The notes below the pieces were generated by a model. The model searched no databases, was not told the origin of the DNA, and saw only the letters and a list, made by a program, of their open reading frames with translations. Of a DNA stretch of 64,000 nucleotides, positions 47,501-57,956 are shown in pieces. The stretch is from contig CM102284.1 in the NCBI GenBank assembly GCA_046563655.1, positions 1,550,001 through 1,614,000 on the forward strand. The letters are read 5' to 3'. A program made the position numbers and the translations under genes. The DNA comes from Yuukianura sp. NJ FZ-2021 (lineage: Eukaryota). Numbering within the stretch: position 1 is the stretch's first letter; each line of letters begins with the position of its first letter.

Positions 47501-48692
47501 ACCATGCTGCTGCAAATCGGTTTCTGGATTCGTTTGCTCACCACCGCCACTCACTTGGCCTTCCTGCCTGCAGCATAAATTTTGGGCCATGGTCAGAGGT
47601 ACGTCAAAAATTATTAACGAGCGAAAGAAGTTCGCTACTTTATGCTTTCCCCTCAGTCCGTCGGTCTGTCTGTCTTTCGGTCTATCCTGCCTATCTGTTG
47701 GTTTATCAGTCTGTCCGTCGATCTGTCTTATCTGTCTGTCTGTCCGTCGATTTATTGTGGCTGTCTGCCTATCTGTCCGTTGATCTATGTTGTCTGTCTG
47801 TCCGTCTGCCAATCTGCCCTTCTGTTGGTTTATCAATCTGTCCGTCTACCGGTGTGTCTGTCTGTACGTCTGCCGATCTGCCTGTCCATCGATTCATCGT
47901 GTCAGTCTGCCTGTCTCTCTGGCTATCTGTAGAACATTTTAACTGTGAAATGACTGTACAAAAGGTCAAGGTCGATCGCTTTCTTTTATGAAAATCGGAA
48001 CACTACTTCTACAAAAGTCGTCCATTCATTTCGCTACTTGCATATGGCGTTTCCAACGGTTTATTCCGTTTTATATTTGTGGTTAGAATGTAATGCCTGC
48101 TTTTCAACTACAGACTAAAATTTTGAATTTTATTTTGTAGGTTGGAGTTGCGCTAGTAAGCGACCTTGTTCGAGAACGAACTGGCATTCGTGCCTTGTCT
48201 GTCAAACAAGGTTTGGCAGCTCTTAAAACGGCCATGGAAGAACACAAGCTTCAATTTACTGTATTGAACGTTTCGGATTGGGCAAAGGTGAAGAGATCTG
48301 TATACCTGGGAAACTACTTGCATGAAATTGACTCTGACGACTCTGTTTCAAAGAAACCAAGTAGTGGAAAAAAACTTATCCGAAAAGAAATTGAGGAAGC
48401 AAAAGAACAAATCCAAAGACGAAAAATAATTGAAGAATTTGTTCATTCAGTTTTGAAAGAAACGATTCACGTGGGCGCTTACGAAGAATTGGATCCAGAC
48501 AAACAATTTTCAGAGTTTGGCGTCGACTCCCTGATGACGATTGAGATGCGCAATCGCCTTCAAATCATGTTCAAAAACAGTCAACTAACTGTCAGTTCTA
48601 TACAAGAAAGTCGCACAATTCGAAAACTTACGAACCATTTGGAAAATTTGATGCACTCTGATGTTTCACTAGAACAAAATGAACGAGACTAA
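35501..48692 (+). CDS. Single-module type I polyketide synthase with an N-terminal degenerate glycogenin/GT8-like domain: GT8*-KS-AT-DH*-cMT-ER-KR*-ACP (~2728 aa; exons 35501-35507, 35603-35741, 35896-36031, 36146-36308, 36882-36993, 37661-37760, 37846-38447, 38506-38694, 39163-39419, 39533-42700, 44837-47598, 48141-48692)
   Basis: KS: IAVVGMSCRFP, DPQQRFLLE, ESGCSSS, HGTGT, KTNIGH. AT: GQGSQ, GHSVG, HAFHS. DH-like: HPTLG, HPIVLDAMIQ. cMT: LEVGAGSG, NVVHAT. ER: IHTATGGVG. KR: TGGLGGIG. ACP: GVDSLM. All listed junctions are GT-AG and the summed length (8187 nt) is a multiple of 3. The PKS identity is secure; the 36993-37661 junction is the least certain. Confidence 0.85.
37343..37420. mobile_element. 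78-bp Tourist/Harbinger-like MITE (TTA TSD) nested in a ~250-bp inverted-repeat element (~37268-37517)
   Basis: TTA|AGCCAGCTTCACAC ... GTGTGAACTGGGCT|TTA; outer imperfect TIR TAGACTACAAGGGAAATAAG / CTTATTTCCCCTCTAGGCTA. Confidence 0.6.
43030..43525. mobile_element. Decayed inverted-repeat (MITE-like) element in a PKS intron
   Basis: GGTTAGATTTCCGTTTCTGGGGTCATGAGAC (~43033) pairs with GTTTCATGACCCCAGAAAGAAAAATTTAACC (~43494-43524); true ends not resolved. Confidence 0.55.
43618..44743. mobile_element. MITE-like element with repeat-rich TIRs in a PKS intron, with nested inserts
   Basis: ATTTGGTCAAAAGTGAAAAGATCAAACATAAAAACGTCAAAA (from 43619) is the near reverse complement of 44701-44742. The arms consist of repeated GAAAAG(G/A)TCAAA units. 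Confidence 0.7.
44266..44540. repeat. Near-perfect ~103-bp inverted repeat with a ~68-bp spacer
   Basis: 44266-44368 (AAAAATGGTCTGGATCAGCGTAGGAAGG...GAGGAAATTACAAAAT) is the reverse complement of 44437-44540 with about 1 mismatch. Confidence 0.9.
47611..48045. mobile_element. (CTGT/CCGT)n microsatellite-containing insertion, Helentron/DINE-like, in the last PKS intron
   Basis: Degenerate GTCY tetramer run at 47655-47930, bracketed by TTCGCTACTT motifs at ~47631 and ~48030. Family assignment is inference. Confidence 0.5.
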
Positions 48693-49377
48693 AAATTTCA
48701 TGTTTTCTGATTTTATGAGAAATGGATTCCTTCAAACCATCAAACCTTACGAAGGTTGAAAAATTTAAGTGTTATTTCCATTGTCTTGTCGTACTCAACT
48801 GGAAGTCGCATTTTTAGGCAACCATGTAACCAATTCTAAAACTTTTTTGCTGCTGTTATTGAAAAATTAATCTTAAAAAACAAGTAAAAATTTTCCAACT
48901 TCTTTTCTCAACTCAATAAATTTCCTTGATCTGAAAAAAAAGTAAAAATTACCTCATGAAATTGGTATAGATGCGCATTTAAGATGTAAACAGGTTCACT
49001 TTTATTACACTTTTTTCATTAGCTGCTTGACGAAACCGTCTTCGACCCAGCATGTCCATACTATTGAAGAGTGCCAAGTTTGCTTAAATATTGATAAACA
49101 GTTTTACTAAACAGGTTTGGTTCAGGAATTACATAAGAACGAGTTTGGTTGAGACGTGCTTTGTCTAAAACATTATTTAAGCTCTTGTGCTTTAGTCCGG
49201 TAGACAGTAGTCGAAATTCTGCGGTGAACAATCAAACAACCTCGTAAGTTAACTCTAAACTGAAACTAACTACCTATATCCGCCTTACCTCTTAATACCT
49301 CACTATAATTTAACACTTACTTCACTTTTCGTTAGTTTGGAATTTGGTTAGGTTGATATCCAAGCGTTTCATAGAAA

Positions 49378-49869
49378 ATGGGAGTTTCTGTGGAATGGGA
49401 TAAACCATTTACGGACGATGACGTGCGTCGATTGACGGAATTTTTCCGAACTCTTCCAACGTTCCGAGACGACGGTGTGGAGCCGTACTTTTTGTCTACG
49501 GATATCGAAACGTGCTTGCGTGGGTTCAACTACTACCGAGACGCAGCGTAGTGTGCAGCATACAAAGGCTTTTGGGATAAACACTACGGAGGAAAAGTCA
49601 GCCTTTCCAAGTACGTAGACATTTGCAAGGCTACAAATGCGGGTCTCTCTGCAGTGTCATCGGTCATTGGACCAGCTTGGGACAAGGATGGCGACGGATT
49701 CGTCTCAGCTTCGGAATTTACGGAGTTTCTCGATTTCATGACGATTCATGAACCGAAGCTCAAAGGATACGACTACAAAAGGCTTATGAATGAGGCAGAT
49801 ACTAACAAGGACGGCCTAATCAGCATCGAAGAATTTTCTGACTGGATCAAGGCTACCATTCAAAAATAA
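49378..49869 (+). pseudogene. Intronless EF-hand (calmodulin-like) gene with one in-frame TAG at 49549-49551
   Basis: Frame is open from ATG 49378 to TAA 49869 except for one TAG. Two canonical EF loops: DKDGDGFVSASE and DTNKDGLISIEE. Confidence 0.75.
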
Positions 49870-50174
49870 AAATGACGGCATCTTCGCAGTTTCGGTACAT
49901 CAGATAAAACAACTCCGTTGATATTTCAAACAACAACCTAAAAAATTGCTAACATTAAGAATCAATTCCAGCACTTCCAATGGAATTGTAGTTTTACTTC
50001 CAATACTGGTTTAGAAGTCCTTGAACGTCTATGATTAGTTGGATTAACATTCACGATTAATAACAAAAGTGGAGGTTAACCACAATTACGAATAAATTAA
50101 AAACTGTGAATTTTAAGTACTTCATCTTCATTGGTAATTAGATTGCTCAAATCAAAATTAAACCCGTCGCTTTT

Positions 50175-50389
50175 AACATGGGTTCTTAGTTGCTCTAGTA
50201 TTTTTGACTGCAACAGGAGCCTTGAACGGCATGGATGTCGACGTGGAAGCGGAAGAAGACCATGAAGGTGGCTCCGTTTTTATTCACAGAGTTCAAACGT
50301 GGATTCATGAAAATCCAGAAAAGGGCAGAGAAGTTGCAACTGAAATTGTTCAACTTGTAGAAGAGTACAAAAGTTTAGTTGCAACATGA
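50175..50389 (+). pseudogene. Orphan 3' fragment of EcKL copy 2
   Basis: Near-identical to 33282-33496 (HGFLVALVFLTATGAL...EDHEGGSVFIHRVQ.WIHENPEKGREVATEIV), with no upstream exons. Confidence 0.85.
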
Positions 50390-50816
50390 AGTTATAAATT
50401 TTCTACATCTTTTTGCAACGTGAATTACCTATACTTTGAAAAAAGTCGATATTTGTTAACCTAAGTAAAATTTGAGCTGAATGTCGAAAAACGTATACGA
50501 AGAACCGACGACGGAAATAACTAAACTGGAATTGTTGGTTTTGAGCAATTTTTAGTTTTCCTGTTTTTACATTTAAAAACGTATTAACCTACAGTTACGT
50601 TTAGTTTTCGTTCAAGCTAATGTTACGTTTTACTTTCGCTCTACGAGTATTTGTGAAGTTCTCTTTTTAAGGTGTGGAGCTGACAAGGGAACTAGATTAG
50701 ATAAAAAAGGAAGTTGGAGTCCACAGCACACTTTAAAACAAGCTGCATAAACCAAACTTGAGAAACAGAAGTACAAACTCTTTTGCTGTGGTGTGAAATT
50801 TTAAGTGAAAACGAGC

Positions 50817-52444
50817 ATGGCTATGGATTCAGGTTTGGGCTCGGTTGAAGCCAAAATTTCAAACGAAATTGGTAAAATTTTGAGAGAGAAATTGAAATTT
50901 GAGAATGTGGAAAATGTTAGTGTGAAGTTTCCAGAAGAAACAAGTTTCCACTTTGCAACTGAAACTGTTTACGTTCAGGTCAAATTCAATGGCAGGGAAA
51001 CTCAAAATTTATTTCTTAAAATTCCGTCAGATAACGAAAGTCATCAAAAAATTATGAGAGAAATCAAAGTAATGGAGAAGGAATGTGCGTTCTACAGTAA
51101 ATTTTTGCCTGCTGCTCAAAAGTTTTGTACAGAAAGAGGGTAAAGTGATGGCTTGAAATTTTTCAACCTTTTCTAAAGCATTTTTGTTTTAAATTTTGTA
51201 AAATTTTGATTTTTAAATTTTGAAATATTTAGATGTGGAAACATCTTGGACTTCTTCCCGCCTTGCTTGTACGCTGACAACGACATGGTTCTTTTGAAAA
51301 ACCTTGTACTAGATGAAGGATTTGAAATGTTACCAAAGTTGGAACAGCAAGACTTTGAATCAGCAGAGTATTAAAAATTTATAGTCTTATTTACATAATT
51401 TCAGAAATTTAACAATGTCCCAAATTTATCCATTTATCTATTTTTTTATATTTTGCTAAAAATTTCTAGAATGGTGTTATCAAATTTGGCAAAATTTCAC
51501 GCCGTGTCATACGCAATGATTCAAGAGGCAACTCTGGATGAGTTTAAACAACGTTGGAGCATGACTGTTACTGACTTTTTGTCAAAACATGAATTGATGG
51601 ACTCGTTTTTTACTAACGGCCCGCAATTTTGTTTAGATATATTGAAAGTAATTTATAAAAATATACAAATATATAATTTTACATATATAATAACAAACTG
51701 ATCATCATAGGCTAATCCAATACATGAAAGTGCAGAAGCTGTGCGGTACTTGACCGAATACAGCAAAACTGTTACCGGTAAAATTGGAAAAATCGCTGAA
51801 AATTCTCTGCAAGCCAACTTGGTCAGCATTGGACACGGAGACTGTTGGAACAACAACATGCTTTTCAAAAAAGATCCAAAAAGTGGCAAACTTTTGAAAA
51901 ACGTGTTAGTTGATCTGCAGGTAATTCCAAATTTACTGTTTATTTTTATATCTCAAAATCAAAAACAAAATTTTTCCAAGCAAAAAAAAACGCCATTTGT
52001 TTTCATATAATTTTTTTAAAACAGTGTACCACTTTGGCGTCGCCCGTATTGGACATTACAACTTTTTTGTTCAGCAGTGTGAAAGCAAGCGTGCGGAGAG
52101 AGTTTCATACAAAATTCCTGCAACAATATTTTGCAAATTTTCAAGAAACTTTGAAAACATTGAACTGTTCAAGTACTGTTGGATTCGAGGAGTTTATGGC
52201 AGACTACCGGAGATTCTGCGAACATGGATTTCTGACGGGACTCATGTGTTTGACTGCAATGGAAGCTATGGAAGGTGCAGACGTTGAGGACATGACAAAA
52301 ACAGACGATGAAGGTGTTTTCGAATTTAACCGCCGAATTGAAAAGTGGATTGCAGCTAATCCGGAAAAAGGCGCAGAAATTGCTGTTGAAATAGTGCTAC
52401 TTGTGAACGAATATAGAAACTTAGTTACAAATGGAATTAAATAA
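50817..52444 (+). CDS. EcKL/CHK kinase-like protein, copy 3, 5 exons
   Basis: Motifs HFATETVYVQ, LAKFHAVSY, HGDCWNNNMLFK, LVDLQ and ASPVLDITTFLFSS; same intron positions as copy 1. Confidence 0.88.
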
Positions 52445-53024
52445 ATTTTGAAGAAGTACGGTAGTAATAACTTTGTTAAATAAATTTGAAACGTCTGTTA
52501 CGTTTGTTGTATCTACTAGATTTAATATTTTGTATGCCTGATTTAAAAAAGTTAACAACGCAAATACAATTCCTTGCAAAAGTGTATCAACTAAGATGAG
52601 CTTAGCTTCATTATATAATTAGCTTCAATATAATAGAAACCGATGGAAATAGTGTTTGACATAATTTGGGCCATTTGGAACAGTAGGACTGTCGGTTTAA
52701 AAAGTATTTTTGTTTTTCTTAACTTTTATTTTCAGTTTCAGTTGTTGATTCCTATCGCATATCATATGTTCATGGATACTCCCTTTTTAGGCACAGTTCC
52801 TAGAAAACTTTTCCGATTCATTTTTGAAAATCAAATAATCAACTTTCAAATCTTCTCCTTACTTCAGCAGATTCAGAAACGCAACGAATATATCGTTTTC
52901 CAAAATTCGAGTTTTTTAAACAATGCATTATAAAAGCAGAAAAGCTGCCCATAATGACAAAAATCCTGCCTTTGACAGAATTCAGAAAATATTAAAAAAA
53001 AAGTTGTTACAAAAAGGCTTTATA

Positions 53025-55190
53025 ATGTCTAAATCACTAGAGGCAGTAGTTGGAATTTTACTGTTTAATTTTTCTTCTTCCTCTTTTGTTCTGACACCGT
53101 TTGCATTGAAGGGATTTGAAAACTGTCTAATCGTAATATTCGAATTCCAACCACATTTTTCCATTTTTCCAACCAAAAATTTTAGCACACCTCTATTACT
53201 TTTAAACAAAAAATTGGGATTTGTTAATGTCGCTGTCAATTCCTCGGCAACAGCCAACATTCCGCTTGGAAAACTCACATTATTTCGATGGCCAAAGACG
53301 AAACAAACATGTCTACTCTACTACATGTTACAACCACAATTTATTGGAGACATTGCGCAGGCGCAGTCCAATTTTCATCGCGTCGTTTTTTGCCAGTGTC
53401 CTCAAAATGCTACTGTTTGGTGCTACAGTCGACACACGTACTTTATAGTAGCCTCTACAACTTTACACCGAGTTAAGACCCATATTGTCCACAACAATTA
53501 TCTACACATACCGCTGTATATTTTGCTTTTCAAAACTCAAAACTCCACGTTCCCTACAGCTTTGTCCATTGATGTTCACCACCCATGTGATCGCTCTATT
53601 CTCCTACACGTTACTAATACGCAGGCACTAGAAAAACTTGGCCTACGTGCTGTTCTGGACGCACTTTTTAACAAAATACTGTACGAAGCATGTCACATTG
53701 AATGGTTTCTAAATTATGGTCACACGGAAATTGACGAGATGAAGTTTCACAACGTTGGTAAGGGACTGCGCATTGGTAGGGTTGTGATGAGATCCAACCT
53801 ATTAGTTGTAAAAGATCTCATTGGTGTATTTAATAGGACAACGTACAATAGACTTAGCACAGACAAAGCCGCTGCTATGGGAAAGTTGTTTTCAAATCAA
53901 GTTTTTATTAAGGAATGTTTTACAATGCATACAGCCTTTGCACGACAAGTAATGTATGGAAACAAGTTTCACACATTAGAGCAACATTTGGTTCACATTG
54001 ACATTGATCAGCGCCCAACTTATTTCCAGAGAAGCCTAAAGCACATACACCTCGACATACTAGTATACCCCACTAAACAAATTTCATTCAATTTTGTTAC
54101 ATGTTCTGAACACGAAAAATTTATTTCGTTTAAAGCGTTTTTAACTCCGTACCAAAATGCTGTATGGTACACTGCCATCCCAACATGCATTGTAGTAACT
54201 CTTGTATTACATGTACTTATTCGACTCATTCGCAACCGCCGTAACAGCTCCTGGTTCATGCTAATCAAAATTATTTTGGAACAAGACATTGAAGTTAGCA
54301 AGTTTCAGGATGCACATAAGTGCTTTAAAGCATTTGTTGTAGTTTGTCTCATAGGAGGCTTGCTGCTAGTCAATGCCTACAGAGGTGTACTCACTGCGCA
54401 GTCAACTGCGCCTGCGCCTACCACCAAACTGGAGACAATTAGGCAAGCGGTAGAAAGTGATTATGAAATTTTGGTTGAAATTAGTCAAAGAAGCAAGTAT
54501 TTTAATAGGTTACTCTCCATGGTCAACTTGAGTAAAGGTTCGGACAAGGAAAAGTGCAATACACTGTTAAATTTTCAGCCGTTCAGTCACTTTTATGCAC
54601 TTTTGAGCAATGTTTTGTTGTGGGGGAAGACGAACGAGGAAGAGCGGGAAAGTTTTAAACCTCTACTTGCTAGTACTGACATGGAAAGTACTTTGTGGTA
54701 CAACACTACTCAAAAACTGCTTCAGTGTAACAAAACAATTTGGGTAGGAACGGAGGAAGAGTTGGAACGGTTTCAAAATAGGGCGGAAGTGGTGAAATTT
54801 TTAAAAAATAGTTCAAATTCAAAATTGTACAAGGGTAATGACAACTTTAAACCTCATTCAGTTGCTTGGCTTATCGGACCAAATCAGTGGGATCGATCAA
54901 AGAAATTTCATTTTCATGTTCAAGGTTTTCTGGAGTCGGGAATCAAAAATCATTTAGAAGATATAGAAGCGTATGTAAACACAACAGCACGACTGCGTAA
55001 AGAGGCTGCGGGAACTACACACTTCATGCAATTGTCACTAAATCATAATTTTTCAACAGCAACATTTGCGATGTACTGCAGCTTCATACTTGCCGCTCTT
55101 TTGACTTTGGCACAGGAAGTGCTTCACAATGTAAGATGCAAGTACTTTGACCTTTGTAGAATTGTGACGTCACTTAATACTACACGCTAA
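53025..55190 (+). CDS. Divergent ionotropic receptor (IR), intronless, copy 1
   Basis: ~720 aa with a signal peptide. SFNFVTC..FISFKAFLTPYQNAVW (pre-M1/M1), KIILEQ (pore), NAYRGVLTAQSTAP..LETIRQAV (M3/S2), FLESGIK and a C-terminal TM. Confidence 0.75.
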   Translation: MSKSLEAVVGILLFNFSSSSFVLTPFALKGFENCLIVIFEFQPHFSIFPTKNFSTPLLLLNKKLGFVNVAVNSSATANIPLGKLTLFRWPKTKQTCLLYYMLQPQFIGDIAQAQSNFHRVVFCQCPQNATVWCYSRHTYFIVASTTLHRVKTHIVHNNYLHIPLYILLFKTQNSTFPTALSIDVHHPCDRSILLHVTNTQALEKLGLRAVLDALFNKILYEACHIEWFLNYGHTEIDEMKFHNVGKGLRIGRVVMRSNLLVVKDLIGVFNRTTYNRLSTDKAAAMGKLFSNQVFIKECFTMHTAFARQVMYGNKFHTLEQHLVHIDIDQRPTYFQRSLKHIHLDILVYPTKQISFNFVTCSEHEKFISFKAFLTPYQNAVWYTAIPTCIVVTLVLHVLIRLIRNRRNSSWFMLIKIILEQDIEVSKFQDAHKCFKAFVVVCLIGGLLLVNAYRGVLTAQSTAPAPTTKLETIRQAVESDYEILVEISQRSKYFNRLLSMVNLSKGSDKEKCNTLLNFQPFSHFYALLSNVLLWGKTNEEERESFKPLLASTDMESTLWYNTTQKLLQCNKTIWVGTEEELERFQNRAEVVKFLKNSSNSKLYKGNDNFKPHSVAWLIGPNQWDRSKKFHFHVQGFLESGIKNHLEDIEAYVNTTARLRKEAAGTTHFMQLSLNHNFSTATFAMYCSFILAALLTLAQEVLHNVRCKYFDLCRIVTSLNTTR

Positions 55191-55829
55191 GCATTTAGTT
55201 ACCCTAGTTGCACTGCGTGTTCATGGAAAAATGAGTACACGTTACACTTGTAAATTTCGAGCGACTTTGATTCTTTACTTTTAGCCACTAGTGACTAATT
55301 TTTTGATTACTTAATGAAGTGTAATTTTCTTGCACATACTTTGGCTAGTGAACGTACTTTATGTGCATTAAAATCTAATTTAACTATAAAGAAATAAACT
55401 ACTTATTGGGTTTAACTTTAATTCCTAATCTGCCATAAAATAATATTTTTTACCCACTTCACGTAAGACACAAAACAGTCGTCTTTATCTTTAAAGAAAA
55501 ACTTTTTTTAACTGTATCACAAAATCTGCCCTACTATCATATCACTTTTTTTAAACTTTCAAAATAAAAGTTTATGACAAACACAGAAGAGTATCTTCAC
55601 TTTTTTTTATTTTTCAAGTTTTCAACACGAAAATTTATGTTAAACCAAAGATGAGTATCTTCGTTTTTCTTTAGTTTTCTTAACAAAATTACTTCAAGCA
55701 ATTCTTATACCGCTCTTTTTTTCGTTTTCAGATTAGTCTTACATTTACTAAAACTCTTCAAACGTGTGTAGCAAGTTTATGACATATTCTGTAAACCAAA
55801 ATTGCAAAAAAAAAAATTGTTTAGGAAAA

Positions 55830-57956
55830 ATGTTCCTAGTAGTAGTTCTTTTGTTCATGTTAGCCTCTGAGTTTTCAATTTCAGCTTTTATTTTCACACC
55901 GTTTTATTTGAAAGGAATCGAAAACTGCTTCGTTGTAATATCTGAATTCAAAGATTTTGATTTTTCTCCAAATGAAAATTTTCTTTTACCCATTGTAAAT
56001 TTCAATGCACAAACTGGATTTGCCAGTAGCAATGGCTCGGTCGCTGTCAAAGCAAATAAAGTTATTTCAACACTTACTCGCTGCTGGAAGTATGTTAAGC
56101 AAACTTGCTTGGTTTACTACATCATAGAACCAGAACTATCTACAGACATTTCAAAAGCTCAGAAGAATTTTTATCAAGTCATCATTTGTCAAGCACCGAA
56201 GAATATTTTGTGTTACAGCCACCGCACGTACCTTGTCGTGGTAACCTCAAATTTACACAAGTTCGGGCAAATAGTATTTGAAAACAGGTATCTGCATTTA
56301 CCGCTTTTTATTATACAAGTACAACTTAATTCTGCGCATCCAACATCTCTGGCTATCGAAGTTCAGCATCCATGTCACCGTTCCATTCACATGACCTTTG
56401 GCCAAATGCCAAAAAAAGATGTCGGTTTACGCGCAGTTTTGGACAGGCTTTTTAACAAGTTAATTTTTGAAGCATGTGGGATAGAGTGGTTCGTAAATAT
56501 GGGTTACGCTCAAATCAGCGATCTGGATAACTTCAGCGTAATGCAAATATTGCGTATTGGTAAACCAGCAAAACCGTCAAACATTGCTGTTATAAAAGAT
56601 GTGATTGCTATATTCAACCAGTCTTACAACAGAGTTGTTGCTGACAGTAGAAACAAAAGGATTCATGTTGGTGAGATGTTTTCAAATCAAATTTGGACGG
56701 AAAACTGCTTTACAGATTTAACATTTGAGGCTAAGAAATCTTCTCATCAAATCAAGTGGGTTAGCATGGCACATCATGCAGTTTGGATAGACATTGACGT
56801 TGCACCTACACCATTTCCTCGCTTCCCTTTAGCACAACAAGATATTTGGATGTACTTAACCAAACAAATTTCGTTTAATTTTCTAACATGTGACCCACAA
56901 CGGAAGTTTGTTTCATTTAAAGCATTTTTCCGACCCTACAAAAGCGATGTGTGGTATATAGCACTTGGCTCATGCGCGTGCCTAGTAATTTTGATTCAGT
57001 TTTATATAATTTTGGCCCAGGAAAATTCAAATTCAATTTTCATGCTGGTCAAGATTGTGCTTGAACAAGATGTTGGTCAAAATAAGAAACTGCGTGCTTA
57101 TACAGCATTTAGCGGCATTATGAGTTGTAGTTTGCTTGGTGCACTGACACTTACGAATGCTTATCGAGGCGTACTTACAGCGCAGTCAGCTGCGCCTGCG
57201 CCAACTGCAAAACTGGCAACAATTCAAGAAGCTGTTGACGGTAGTTATCAATTTCTGGTTGAAATTGAACATAAAACTACAATGAAAATGGAAACGAATC
57301 GGCTCAACATTGAGAAACAGAGAGAAAAGTCGCTCTTATTTTTCCAAAGTTTTAACCTGTTTTTCTCCTTACTTTGTAGAGGGATTCTATTCAGTACAAA
57401 AAACAAAGATGAAAAGTCTATGCTTCGGGCGGTTTTGAAACAAATTGATATCGATGCAACATTAAAGTATAACACTACTCAAAAATTGCTAGAATGTAAC
57501 AAAACAATTTTGATTGGAACACAAGAGGAGTTGGTAGAATTTCAGAATCGAGCAGAAATAGTTGAATTTTTGAAAAACAATTGTAATTTGGCTGGTAACT
57601 TGTACATAGGTAAAGATAAATTTAAGCCGCATAGCGTAGCATGGATTGTCGTTCCTAACCAATGGGATCGCTCGAACAAATTTCGCTTGCGAATGGACGC
57701 ATTTCTTCAGTCTGGGATTAAAACTCACTTGAAAAAGATGGAATTTCACAGAAATTTGACATATAATTTGCGCAGTGCCAGTGCCACAAAGTCGGCTTCT
57801 TTTGCTAAATTTACGATGGGTCACAACTTTGCAGTAATAACGTTTATATTGTATTCATGTCTCACCATTGTCGCAATTTCGGTTTTTGTAAAAGAAATGT
57901 TGCACATTTTGAAATCAAAAAATTGCAGCCGCACACATTGGATTGCTATAACTTGA
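55830..57956 (+). CDS. Divergent ionotropic receptor (IR), intronless, copy 2
   Basis: Paralogous motifs SFNFLTC, FFRPYKSDVW, KIVLEQ, NAYRGVLTAQSAAP and FLQSGIK. Confidence 0.75.
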   Translation: MFLVVVLLFMLASEFSISAFIFTPFYLKGIENCFVVISEFKDFDFSPNENFLLPIVNFNAQTGFASSNGSVAVKANKVISTLTRCWKYVKQTCLVYYIIEPELSTDISKAQKNFYQVIICQAPKNILCYSHRTYLVVVTSNLHKFGQIVFENRYLHLPLFIIQVQLNSAHPTSLAIEVQHPCHRSIHMTFGQMPKKDVGLRAVLDRLFNKLIFEACGIEWFVNMGYAQISDLDNFSVMQILRIGKPAKPSNIAVIKDVIAIFNQSYNRVVADSRNKRIHVGEMFSNQIWTENCFTDLTFEAKKSSHQIKWVSMAHHAVWIDIDVAPTPFPRFPLAQQDIWMYLTKQISFNFLTCDPQRKFVSFKAFFRPYKSDVWYIALGSCACLVILIQFYIILAQENSNSIFMLVKIVLEQDVGQNKKLRAYTAFSGIMSCSLLGALTLTNAYRGVLTAQSAAPAPTAKLATIQEAVDGSYQFLVEIEHKTTMKMETNRLNIEKQREKSLLFFQSFNLFFSLLCRGILFSTKNKDEKSMLRAVLKQIDIDATLKYNTTQKLLECNKTILIGTQEELVEFQNRAEIVEFLKNNCNLAGNLYIGKDKFKPHSVAWIVVPNQWDRSNKFRLRMDAFLQSGIKTHLKKMEFHRNLTYNLRSASATKSASFAKFTMGHNFAVITFILYSCLTIVAISVFVKEMLHILKSKNCSRTHWIAIT

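Noticed and set aside
47599-47991. C-terminal 130 aa of ORF 44746-47991 and the overlapping DRQT-rich ORFs
   Set aside because: Read-through into an intron containing a (CTGT)n microsatellite. The KR continues after splicing 47598 to 48141 (GPWSE/VGVA).
35501-48692. PKS as bacterial contamination, or as the housekeeping fatty acid synthase
   Set aside because: It has eleven spliceosomal introns with MITE insertions and is flanked by arthropod genes. It lacks a thioesterase and has an intact-looking cMT, unlike animal FAS.
34310-50175. PKS block as cargo of a giant TIR transposon
   Set aside because: No terminal inverted repeats, short TSD or transposase were found at the block edges; only the long direct duplication is supported.
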